Assembly: GCA_964474635.1 (NCBI GenBank)
Contig: CAYYTT010000006.1
Span: 2,123 to 66,122, forward strand
Source: an uncultured Alphaproteobacteria bacterium
GTDB taxonomy: Bacteria > Pseudomonadota > Alphaproteobacteria > JAJFIK01
Direction: 5' to 3'
Length of the DNA stretch: 64,000 nucleotides
The position numbers and the translations under genes are program-made. The notes below the pieces were generated by a model. The model made no database searches. It worked only from the letters and a program-made list of their open reading frames with translations, and was not told where the DNA came from. Of this stretch, positions 56,401 to 63,713 are shown one piece after another; within the stretch, counting starts at the first letter, position 1, and each line of letters begins with the position of its first letter.

Positions 56401-56812
56401 CGCCGTGCACAAGGATGAGCGAGGGATCCGCACTCACGATGAGGCTGGCCAGCCGGTCATCGGGCAAGGCCGGATCGAGGGCCGTGTAGAACCGGCCCGT
56501 CAGGACCACCGCCAGAAGACCGGCAACCAGGTCCGCACCATGCTCCATGATCACCGCGATGGGGCGTTCATGGACGAGCGGTCTTGGGCTCGTGGCGGGG
56601 TTGTTCAGGTCGGCCGCGATGCGGCGGGTCCAATGGTCGAGATAGCCATAGGACAGGATCCGGGGCGACTGGCCCGGCTCGGCGGCGATGACCGCGGGCG
56701 CGTCCGGATCCGCATCGACCCGCTGCCAGAACCGCAGAGCGACCTCAGCCGCGTGCACGCCATCCTGAATGTCCATACCCGTCATGGATCCCGGTGTACT
56801 CTGGTTGCGCAA
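53453..56812 (-). CDS. NRPS-like A-T-TE-architecture protein with degenerate catalytic motifs and an extra C-terminal domain
   Basis: 1119-aa ORF. A-domain-like motifs are A1 LSYGYL, A2 GRFYTALDP, A5 LLTTECG and A6 GELAIRAAHV. An acidic linker follows. The carrier-like motif is FFLLGGDHREAIAL. The alpha/beta-hydrolase TE-like region is PLFCIAGPG...VALLGHGAGGAIAFEVA. See the findings for the substitutions. Confidence 0.7.
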   Translation of the reverse strand: MRNQSTPGSMTGMDIQDGVHAAEVALRFWQRVDADPDAPAVIAAEPGQSPRILSYGYLDHWTRRIAADLNNPATSPRPLVHERPIAVIMEHGADLVAGLLAVVLTGRFYTALDPALPDDRLASLIVSADPSLILVHGATAARVRVVAGQGIPVLDLAPEDEDLDPNSPRPIMQDDATLMGRFRAAGQPAFLLFLPDDEHGARPRASLHTQASLLRNVDLYVQDLGVSSRDRVGFVVSADEPLSVICLFGALLSGAALCPFDVSRRPLAAFASWAEDVGLTILGLTPGFYRRMATAFLGDGPLPKLRWIHLGGAPVRRSDMEFFRRMFLSQARLHLGLLTTECGLVARYIPTDDQLQDAGPVPLGRPYYDVETVLVEPDGYPVTPGAGGELAIRAAHVTTVYWREGRPDPKRVVPDPSDPMKLFIRTGHLVIERVAGDLVPLESGEDARHLHDDPAGAQFPDYIDDDAPLASFDADDAPQGEPAPWPRDDESLEPEGAFGDAEFSQYGDELEHGQVPDDLDDPEGPDDPYHPDDPGQPENPGDLDDWTPSQPLARSDRDLFDEGDTLDDIDFPETEFPSQDEPVHAKPGHDREEFDYRPELAPRLSLEERVSRSFEAVLRHQPVQPTDNFFLLGGDHREAIALAAMLERQLDKPVSPSLLLEVSTPRDLAARLGAGQGGRPARFAPGMPGAIPLFCIAGPGTYTLEFERLLDHVDERVPVYGLDLPGFGGLGSVPSSMMGLVHRAAGQIASVTPDSPVALLGHGAGGAIAFEVARALEAAGQRVVWLGMIDTLSPSWLARSWGTRALALLGWFRYALRAGPAKAWAVSRAQSVRRRAKHLPPLSARTHRRGTSPMATYQKLLARYKPRRAALEPVLFRHTFPPFALVNGHDDWDQLTDEGVHTVGVRGDALSVLEKPGVETIAEAINEALTSQVALLAAFWSLDGAPNLDLEILDADRLPIGERALLDHRRTMAEELEDKISVAAGLRVLALRAVDNTIVVKLIALDPRAAPGDRPGSGFPLIAAVVRILDAQGSQEDLEQLRGGEVPFTELLTGGTRAGSALSCRPVAYFRVRAGDDLAALLSLSTASERLYGRHSQVHDEDGRLLVEALEILPPQERH

Positions 56813-56965
56813 GAAGCCGCAACGGGCGAGCGGGGTGACAAACCTTAAGAATGCAGTGGTCTACAGCTTAAAAGTTGTGACGCAAAATCATTTCCGCTGA
56901 GTCGCACAGACGGATGCAACACGTAACCACCGGGGCCGGCCGCCCCCCGGGGTAAAGGCAGGCTC

Positions 56966-57006
56966 ACTGGCCCCTAGGCTTTACTGGCCCCTAGGCTTTA
57001 CTGGCC
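56966..57006. repeat. 17-bp tandem duplication, 2.4 copies, including the stop codon of the lipoprotein gene
   Basis: actggcccctaggcttt actggcccctaggcttt actggcc. On the minus strand each unit carries TAA. Confidence 0.8.
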
Positions 57007-57663
57007 ATTGAGCACAGCCTCGCGGGCACGGCGCCGATTGCGCTCGGCCGTGTCGATCTGGGTGATGCTCCAGCTGACCATGCGTTTGAGCACACCGCCC
57101 AGCGCCTCGTCATAGGCGACGATGATATCTTCGAATTTTTCGCTTCTCGCCGGGATGGACCGGTTGAACGTCTCACTGGCGACAATCCGCGCGGTCGGCT
57201 GGGAAATCAGTTTGGCATTGGCGACCACGAGGACACGGGGCTCCTCTCCGGGAATGAGCCGCGCCTCGAATTCACGCAGTTCCGTCAGGAGATCGTAATT
57301 GCCCATCAGGCCGATGGCCTTGCGCCCGACGGCGGCAATTTTGCCGGTGTTCTCAAAAGATTCGATCAGACGGGTCTGAAACATGAGTGTTGTGCGATCA
57401 CTCCAGCGCACGCCCTTGAAGTAGCCCACCTGGAAGACGTCCTGGCGAATGGCGATGCGGTCCGTGTCGATGGTGCGTGACGCGGTCGGCTCGTCCACGA
57501 CGAGTTGCGCCTCCACCGTGGGCAACCCTTCATCGAAGGTGCTCTTTGGACTGAGGTCGTAGATGGCGGTCTCCTCGGAGGCCACCAAATTGATCCCGCC
57601 GCATCCCGACAGGGCGACCAGGATGCCGCCCAAGCCCACCATGGAACTGAAACGCCCCCACAT
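56998..57663 (-). CDS. ABC-type transport auxiliary lipoprotein (DUF330/COG3218-like) of the Mla/MCE system
   Basis: Lipobox ILVALSGCGG. Its size and its position immediately downstream of the MCE gene fit the family. Confidence 0.7.
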   Translation of the reverse strand: MWGRFSSMVGLGGILVALSGCGGINLVASEETAIYDLSPKSTFDEGLPTVEAQLVVDEPTASRTIDTDRIAIRQDVFQVGYFKGVRWSDRTTLMFQTRLIESFENTGKIAAVGRKAIGLMGNYDLLTELREFEARLIPGEEPRVLVVANAKLISQPTARIVASETFNRSIPARSEKFEDIIVAYDEALGGVLKRMVSWSITQIDTAERNRRRAREAVLNGQ

Positions 57664-57669
57664 ACCGCA

Positions 57670-58653
57670 CTACTCCCTGCGTTCGACTTCAAGCGGTCGG
57701 CTGCCGCCAAAGATCAGTCCGGACGGGTCCGCTTCCACGCGCCGGACGAAGCGTTCGAGGCGAACCACAAGACGGCGGGCATCGGACACGAAGAGCGCGA
57801 GCTGCACGAGACCCTGGCTGGCGAAGGCTTGAACCGCCTCCTCATTATCGCGAACGACCCGCGACAGGTCACGCGCCAGCACTTCCGCCGACTGAAGCGT
57901 CTGCGTGACTTCGGTCACGAGCGCGCGCCCCTCGGTGTTCAAGAACCCGTCGAGATTTTTGGTCAGCACGGCGAGATCCTCGACCAGAACGCCGGCCTTT
58001 TGCGCCAGGACCGTGGCCTCGCCGGTCAGATCGGCCGTGTTGGTCACGATGCGCCGGATGTCGTCATCCTTGTCGGCGAAGGCCGCCGTGATCTTGCGCA
58101 CATCCTGGAGGATCTGCGTCAGGACGAGGCGGTTTTCCTCATTCACGAGCGAGCGCAGATCGCGCAACAGCTCATCCCCCGTCTTCAACAATTCGGGGAA
58201 GCTGGCGAACAGCGACTGCAGGGATGAGGGTTCATACTGAATTTCAGCATGCAGGCCCTTGAGCGTGTAGTCGACACGCAGCCGGGCGCCCTCGCTTGTC
58301 GGGTTCGACAACTGCACGAAGGCGCCGCCGGTCAGGCCCTGCACTTCAAGGGTCGCGCGGGTGGTGGTGCGCATGACGATGTCGTCGCGCTGTTCAACGC
58401 GGATCGTGACGCGGATGTTCTCAAGCTGCTGGGGATCGACGCGGATCCGTGCCACATCCCCCACCAGAATGCCCTGATACCGGACATCCGAGCCCACATT
58501 CAGGCCGGCGACGGATCCAGGAAACACAATGTCGTAATAGGCATATTGCCGATCGAACTGGTATTTGCCGATCCACAGGGCAAAGCCGACGCCAATGGCG
58601 ATGAAGGCGAGCACGAACGCGCCGATTAATGTGTGATGGGCACGCGTTTCCAT
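57670..58653 (-). CDS. MCE/MlaD-family protein
   Basis: Start trimmed to METRAHHTLIGAFVLAFIAIGVGFALWIG (TM anchor), with GGAGGG upstream. The MCE domain is FPGSVAGLNVGSDVRYQGILVGDVARIRVDP. Confidence 0.85.
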   Translation of the reverse strand: METRAHHTLIGAFVLAFIAIGVGFALWIGKYQFDRQYAYYDIVFPGSVAGLNVGSDVRYQGILVGDVARIRVDPQQLENIRVTIRVEQRDDIVMRTTTRATLEVQGLTGGAFVQLSNPTSEGARLRVDYTLKGLHAEIQYEPSSLQSLFASFPELLKTGDELLRDLRSLVNEENRLVLTQILQDVRKITAAFADKDDDIRRIVTNTADLTGEATVLAQKAGVLVEDLAVLTKNLDGFLNTEGRALVTEVTQTLQSAEVLARDLSRVVRDNEEAVQAFASQGLVQLALFVSDARRLVVRLERFVRRVEADPSGLIFGGSRPLEVERRE

Positions 58654-58765
58654 ACCCCAGCCCTCCGTTTCAGCCACTCAAGGTGGCTCCGCCTGTTTCG
58701 ACCGGCCCCCGCGACCTGCGCCTGTGTGTTCCGCCCATGCCGATCGGGCGCGGCTGTCACGGCTG

Positions 58766-59575
58766 TCAGGCGGTTTTCTCCGCCGCCGCGCGGGCTCTCG
58801 GCCCCGTGAAGTATTCGCGGATCCAGGGATGATCCGAATAAGGGTGATCGCCATTGGTGATGTAGTCGATCGACCCGGAGATCAGCACCCGCTTTTCGGC
58901 CAGAACCGCCACGCGGTCGCAAATTGTATACAGACTGTCCAGGTCATGGGTCACCATAAAGACCGTGAAGCCCAATGTCGCGCGCAAGTCGAGGATCAAT
59001 TGATCAAAGGCGGCGGCGCCGATGGGATCGAGACCGGCCGTCGGCTCGTCGAGAAAGATCAGATCGGGATCGAGCGACAGGGCCCGCGCCAGACCGGCCC
59101 GCTTGCGCATCCCGCCCGACAGCTCCGAAGGCAATTTGGGGCCGGCGCTCGCATCGAGGCCCACAAGGCCGATTTTAAGCGCGGCAATCTCATTCATGAG
59201 CTGCTGGGGCAGCCTGAGATGTTCGCGCATGGGCACCTGGATGTTCTGCGCCACGCTCAGCGAGGAAAACAGCGCCCCGTCCTGGAACAAGATTCCCCAG
59301 CGGCGCTCCAGCATCCGGCGCTCATCGTCCGCGAGGCCGGCCAGTTCCTGGCCGAAAACGCGGATGTTGCCGGCCGCAGGCCGGTTCAGCCCGACGATCG
59401 TGCGCAGCAGAACCGACTTGCCCGTGCCCGAGCCCCCGACAATACCGATGATTTCGCCGGGATAAATGTCCAGGTCCAGATTGTCGTGGACCACCTGGCT
59501 GGCGAACTGATTGCGCAGGCCGCGGATGGACAGGATCGGGTCTTGTGAAGTGTCGGGCGTACCGGGCGCGTCCAT
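58766..59575 (-). CDS. ABC transporter ATP-binding protein (MlaF-like)
   Basis: Walker A GGSGTGKS, signature LSGGMRKRAGLARAL, Walker B LIFLDEPTAGLD. The start is trimmed to MDAPGTP. Confidence 0.9.
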   Translation of the reverse strand: MDAPGTPDTSQDPILSIRGLRNQFASQVVHDNLDLDIYPGEIIGIVGGSGTGKSVLLRTIVGLNRPAAGNIRVFGQELAGLADDERRMLERRWGILFQDGALFSSLSVAQNIQVPMREHLRLPQQLMNEIAALKIGLVGLDASAGPKLPSELSGGMRKRAGLARALSLDPDLIFLDEPTAGLDPIGAAAFDQLILDLRATLGFTVFMVTHDLDSLYTICDRVAVLAEKRVLISGSIDYITNGDHPYSDHPWIREYFTGPRARAAAEKTA

Positions 59576-59579
59576 GGAT

Positions 59580-60788
59580 CTAAAGTCCCAATTCGATCTG
59601 CACGACGGAGAAGATCGCATTGGTCACGATCACCGCGAAGATGGCCTGGACCACCGATTTGGTCGTCCGCCGGCCCACCGATTCGGCGCTGCCCTCCACC
59701 ATCATGCCCTGGTAACAGCCGATCATCGCGATCAGCAGGGCGTAGACCGGGGCCTTGACGAGGCCAATGGCGAAATCGGTCAAGGTCACCGTCTCGTAAA
59801 GGCGCGCGATGAATGAGCCGGGCGAAATCCCCAAATTCAGCCAGGCCACCGTCGCACCGCCGATCAGGCCAAGAAAGTCCGCGGCCACGGTGACGAGCGG
59901 CGCCGCGACGATCAAGGCCAGCACCCGGGGCAGAACCAGGATCTCGATGGGATCGAGGGCCAGGGTCCGCATGGCGTCGATTTCCTCGTGCTGCTTCATC
60001 GAGCCGATCTGCGCCGTGAACGCACTGCCCGAGCGCCCGGCGATCATGATGGCCGTCAAAAGCACGCCGAACTCACGCAGGAAGGCATAACCCACCAGGT
60101 AGACCACCAGGTCCTGGGCGCCGAAATCGGCCAGAATATTTGCGCCGAGAAAGGCGAGCACCGCGCCCACCAAGAAAGACATCAGGGCAATGATCGGAAG
60201 GGCATTGAGGCCCGTTTGTTCGACCTGCACCACGAAGGAGGTCAGGCGAAAGCGCGCCGGATTGCGGATTGCCGTGCCCAGCGCCGTGATCAGCCGGCCC
60301 ATCAGCGCCAGGATGGCCACGGCTTCCAGGCAGGCATTCACGGTCGCTTTGCCCGTGCGGTTCAAGGCGTCGATATAGGCGTTCACCGCCGGCGGGGCGA
60401 TATCACAGGCGGTGTAGCGTTCGTCGACCCGTTCGATGAGATGCGCCTGGCTTTCGGTCAGGCCGGCAATGATCACATCTCTGTGCAATTCAAAGCGATC
60501 ACGGGTTTTGTCGATGATCCAGGCGCCGGCCGTGTCGAGTCGCGTGACCTCCGTCGCGTCGATCACAAGGGGGGCACCGCCGGTGACGTCGAGGGTGTCG
60601 AGCGTGTCGTACAGGGAGCCGATCTGGGCCACGGTCCAGGGCCCCGCGAGGGTGAGAACGGCGGCCTTGCCGCCATGGGGCCACGCGCCCCAGCCGATTC
60701 TGACCGCGGTTTCTCCGGCTTCGAAATGCCAGTCTTCGGGCCGAGTCCAGCCCGACGCACCGACAGCGCCCGCGGTGTCACCCGCCAT
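59580..60788 (-). CDS. MlaE-like ABC permease with N-terminal STAS-like domain
   Basis: The N-terminal roughly 120 aa (LTLAGPWTVAQIGSLYDTLDTL...VIDATEVTRLDTAGAWII) is STAS/anti-sigma-antagonist-like. The C-terminal region is a 5-6 TM MlaE permease (REFGVLLTAIMIAGRSGSAFTAQIGSMK). Confidence 0.85.
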   Translation of the reverse strand: MAGDTAGAVGASGWTRPEDWHFEAGETAVRIGWGAWPHGGKAAVLTLAGPWTVAQIGSLYDTLDTLDVTGGAPLVIDATEVTRLDTAGAWIIDKTRDRFELHRDVIIAGLTESQAHLIERVDERYTACDIAPPAVNAYIDALNRTGKATVNACLEAVAILALMGRLITALGTAIRNPARFRLTSFVVQVEQTGLNALPIIALMSFLVGAVLAFLGANILADFGAQDLVVYLVGYAFLREFGVLLTAIMIAGRSGSAFTAQIGSMKQHEEIDAMRTLALDPIEILVLPRVLALIVAAPLVTVAADFLGLIGGATVAWLNLGISPGSFIARLYETVTLTDFAIGLVKAPVYALLIAMIGCYQGMMVEGSAESVGRRTTKSVVQAIFAVIVTNAIFSVVQIELGL

Positions 60789-61019
60789 TGCCTTGCCCCT
60801 CAAGATCCGATCCACGCGCATCCGGCGCCTCGCCCGAGATCGAGTATTCAGGGGAGCGGTGCCACGTCAAGCACGCCGCCGGAGACATCGCCTCACACTG
60901 GCCCCAATGGGATGGCCCGTGTAGACTTCTTGGTGAAGGGTTAAGGGGTGGTGCTGGGACCTGTTGACAATCGTCGCAACCGGGAGGGGAGCGGCGAATG
61001 TTGGCCTGGTGTCTCCCGT

Positions 61020-61087
61020 CCAGGACGCTTTGTTGGCCAGAACGCTTTGTTGGCCAGGATGCTTTGTTGACCAGGACGCTTTCTGGC
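61020..61087. repeat. 17-bp tandem direct repeat, 4 copies
   Basis: ccaggacgctttgttgg ccagaacgctttgttgg ccaggatgctttgttga ccaggacgctttctggc. It lies 55 bp upstream of the CHASE2-cyclase ATG, in the region divergent from the mla operon. Confidence 0.85.
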
Positions 61088-61141
61088 AAGACGCGTCGCG
61101 CGACCACTGGGTCCCAGGCGTCCAGAGAGTATCGGAGCACC

Positions 61142-63406
61142 ATGAAACAGGTCGGATCCGCGGTGTGGGGGGAAGAGCGCGTTCTGCTCCTGGCCCCTGC
61201 GACAGTTCTTCTTTTCGCCGTCACCATCATCAGCCTCGATCCGTTAGGGCTCGCCACACGGCTGCGCGATTACGGCTTTGACCGTCTGCAGAACACTTTT
61301 GCCAGCGGAGAGGCCTTCGACGCGCCGCTGGTGACCCTGGTGGAAATCGACAATGCGAGCCTGCAGCAACTGGGCGATTGGCCCTGGCCGCGCACCCGCT
61401 ATGCCGACCTGATCGCGGAAGCCGAAGTGGCCGGCGCCCGGGCCATTCTGGTGGCGGACGGTCTGAGCCGGCCCGACCCGACGAGCCCTGCCGTGGTCAC
61501 GCGCCATGTGGACGGTTTCGCGGCCACCATGCCGGCCGTCCAGGACGCGGCCCTGTCAAGCGAACACGACGCGGCCCTCGCCGATACGCTGTCCTTTTCG
61601 CGGGCGGTCATTCCCGTGGACGTGGCCCGCTCCTGGGACGAGGAGGCGGGCGAGCCCACGGATTTATCTTGGGCCCAGGCGGGTGCTTTACCGGTGACGG
61701 AAGAAACCCAGGCCTTTTTTCCCGCACTCCGGGTCACCGATGCGCCCCTGCCCATCTATACCGAGATCGGCGTTACGTTCGGCTTCGACAGCGTCATTCC
61801 GGATGAAGACGGGGTCTTGCGCACCGTGCCCCTCGCCGCGCGGATCGGCGAGCGGGTCGTCGCCTCGGACATTCTGGAAGTCATCCGGCTCGCCGACGGG
61901 TCGGACGCCATCGACATCCAAAGCACCGGCATGGCCACCCGCTTCAGCGTGGTGGAACGCAATGGCCTGAACTCCATCAGCCTGGGTGGGCGCGTGGTGC
62001 CCGTTCGGGCGGACGGCGCCCTTCGCTACCTGGCGCGCGACGCGGACCGCCTGCCGCGCATGCCCGCATGGCGGCTGATTTCCGATCCCATGACGCGCAG
62101 TATGCTGACGGATCGGATCGTCGTCATCGCGCCGACCGCGCGCGGCACGGTCCAGCGCCTTGTGACACCGGATGGCACGCGCCTGACGCCGGGCGAGGTC
62201 AAGGCGCTCGCCCTGAACCAGATCCTCACGGGCGCCTTTTTGACCCGGCCGGACTGGGCCCCCACCCTCGAAGACGGCCTCGTGATCGGTCTGGGCCTTG
62301 CGCTTGTGGGGCTTCTCGCCGCCGGGCGCGCCGGGATCGCGATTGGGCTCGCCGCGCTCAGTCTGCCCATTCTGGGTGCCTTGTCCTGGTATGCCTATAC
62401 GCGCCACGGCGTGTTGTTCGACGCCCTGGTCCCGGGCCTTGCCCTCGGCCTTCTCGGCCTTGCCATGGTGTGGGTGCTGTTCGCCGAGCGGTTCGCCCGG
62501 CGCCAACGCCTTATTCAGGCACTCCAGACAAAACTGCCCCGCGCCGCAGCCGCCAGCCTTGCCTCCAAAAAGGGGCGCGCGCAGCTGGCCGGCGAAGTGC
62601 GGCGGATCACGGCCCTGTCCTGCGGGCTGCGCCATGTGGACGGCTTCGCGGACGCCAACCGGGACGATCCCGTCTGGCTGACGAGCCAGATCCAGCGTTT
62701 CCACGGGTATTTGGTGGAACGGATCACGGCGGCGGGCGGTGTCGCCGATATTCGCGACGGCACCCGCGTGCTGGGCCTGTGGAATGCGCCGCAGGAGATC
62801 CCCGACCATGCGCGTCAGGCCTGCGACTGCGCCTTGAAGCTCATGGATGGCCTTGAGCAGCTCAACATCGAAATCGAGCACGAGGCCGAGGGCCGGTCCT
62901 TTGTGCAGCTTGACCTCGCGGTCGGGATCAACACCGGCCAGGCCTTTGTCGGCAATCTGGGCACGGCGGATCGGCTCGATTACACGGCGCTCGGGGCGCC
63001 CGTGCGCAGTGCCCGCTGGCTCCAGGACTGCGCGGAGGTCTACGGCACCTCCATTGTGGTCGGCGAGACCTGCCACAACTTCGTGAAAAGCCACTACGCC
63101 TTTTTGGAAGTGGACCGGGTGGATTTGGATGGCTCGGGCCAGGGCCTGCGGACCTACACCCTGATCGGCAATCCCGTGCTGCGAGCCAATCCCCGCTTCA
63201 AGGCCCTCCAGGCGGTCCATGACGCCCTGCTGGAGGCGTACCGCGCCCAGGACTGGTCGGGCGTGCGGGAGCAGGTTGCCAAGGCCGGCGCCATGCAAGG
63301 CTCCATCCCGGCCCTGCTGGCCTTTTACGAACGCCGGGCGCGCTTTTTCGAGACCTATCCCCCGGGCCGGCAATGGGATGGAACTTTCACGGTGCCGATT
63401 CAGTAG
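61142..63406 (+). CDS. CHASE2 sensor + class III nucleotidyl-cyclase-homology domain membrane protein
   Basis: Start trimmed to MKQVGSAVWGEERVLLLAPATVLLFAV. CHASE2-like periplasmic region (LGDWPWPR), then 3 TM helices, then a C-terminal cyclase-homology domain (...VGINTGQAFVGNLGTADRLDYTALGAPV...). Confidence 0.8.
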   Translation: MKQVGSAVWGEERVLLLAPATVLLFAVTIISLDPLGLATRLRDYGFDRLQNTFASGEAFDAPLVTLVEIDNASLQQLGDWPWPRTRYADLIAEAEVAGARAILVADGLSRPDPTSPAVVTRHVDGFAATMPAVQDAALSSEHDAALADTLSFSRAVIPVDVARSWDEEAGEPTDLSWAQAGALPVTEETQAFFPALRVTDAPLPIYTEIGVTFGFDSVIPDEDGVLRTVPLAARIGERVVASDILEVIRLADGSDAIDIQSTGMATRFSVVERNGLNSISLGGRVVPVRADGALRYLARDADRLPRMPAWRLISDPMTRSMLTDRIVVIAPTARGTVQRLVTPDGTRLTPGEVKALALNQILTGAFLTRPDWAPTLEDGLVIGLGLALVGLLAAGRAGIAIGLAALSLPILGALSWYAYTRHGVLFDALVPGLALGLLGLAMVWVLFAERFARRQRLIQALQTKLPRAAAASLASKKGRAQLAGEVRRITALSCGLRHVDGFADANRDDPVWLTSQIQRFHGYLVERITAAGGVADIRDGTRVLGLWNAPQEIPDHARQACDCALKLMDGLEQLNIEIEHEAEGRSFVQLDLAVGINTGQAFVGNLGTADRLDYTALGAPVRSARWLQDCAEVYGTSIVVGETCHNFVKSHYAFLEVDRVDLDGSGQGLRTYTLIGNPVLRANPRFKALQAVHDALLEAYRAQDWSGVREQVAKAGAMQGSIPALLAFYERRARFFETYPPGRQWDGTFTVPIQ

Positions 63407-63713
63407 ACCCGCGTGTGACTGGCGCGATGGCGAAGAACTGGATCCGCGCCCCAGAAGGGGTAGATCGGCTTTAAGCACAAGCGGGGTGCACTGCTTGGAA
63501 ACGCTTGTGGTTTGGGGGCTGCCAGGGCATTTATGGCGGCAACCGCAATGGCGCGGACTTAGAATGGCCGCATCCGACGGGTCTATCAAAAGCAGTGGAG
63601 CCGACCTGGGTGCCAAGGTCATTTTTAAGAGTTGCGCGGCAAAGGTGCTATCATCGCAGCACGGACGCGATGGACCGGCTTGGCCGCGATAAGGATTAGC
63701 GGAGGGGTTATCT

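Noticed and set aside
56926-56950. GC hairpin CCGGGG-n9-CCCCGG as a terminator for the mla operon
   Set aside because: The stem is short and no U-tract follows on the minus strand. I mention it only in a finding and do not call it a feature.
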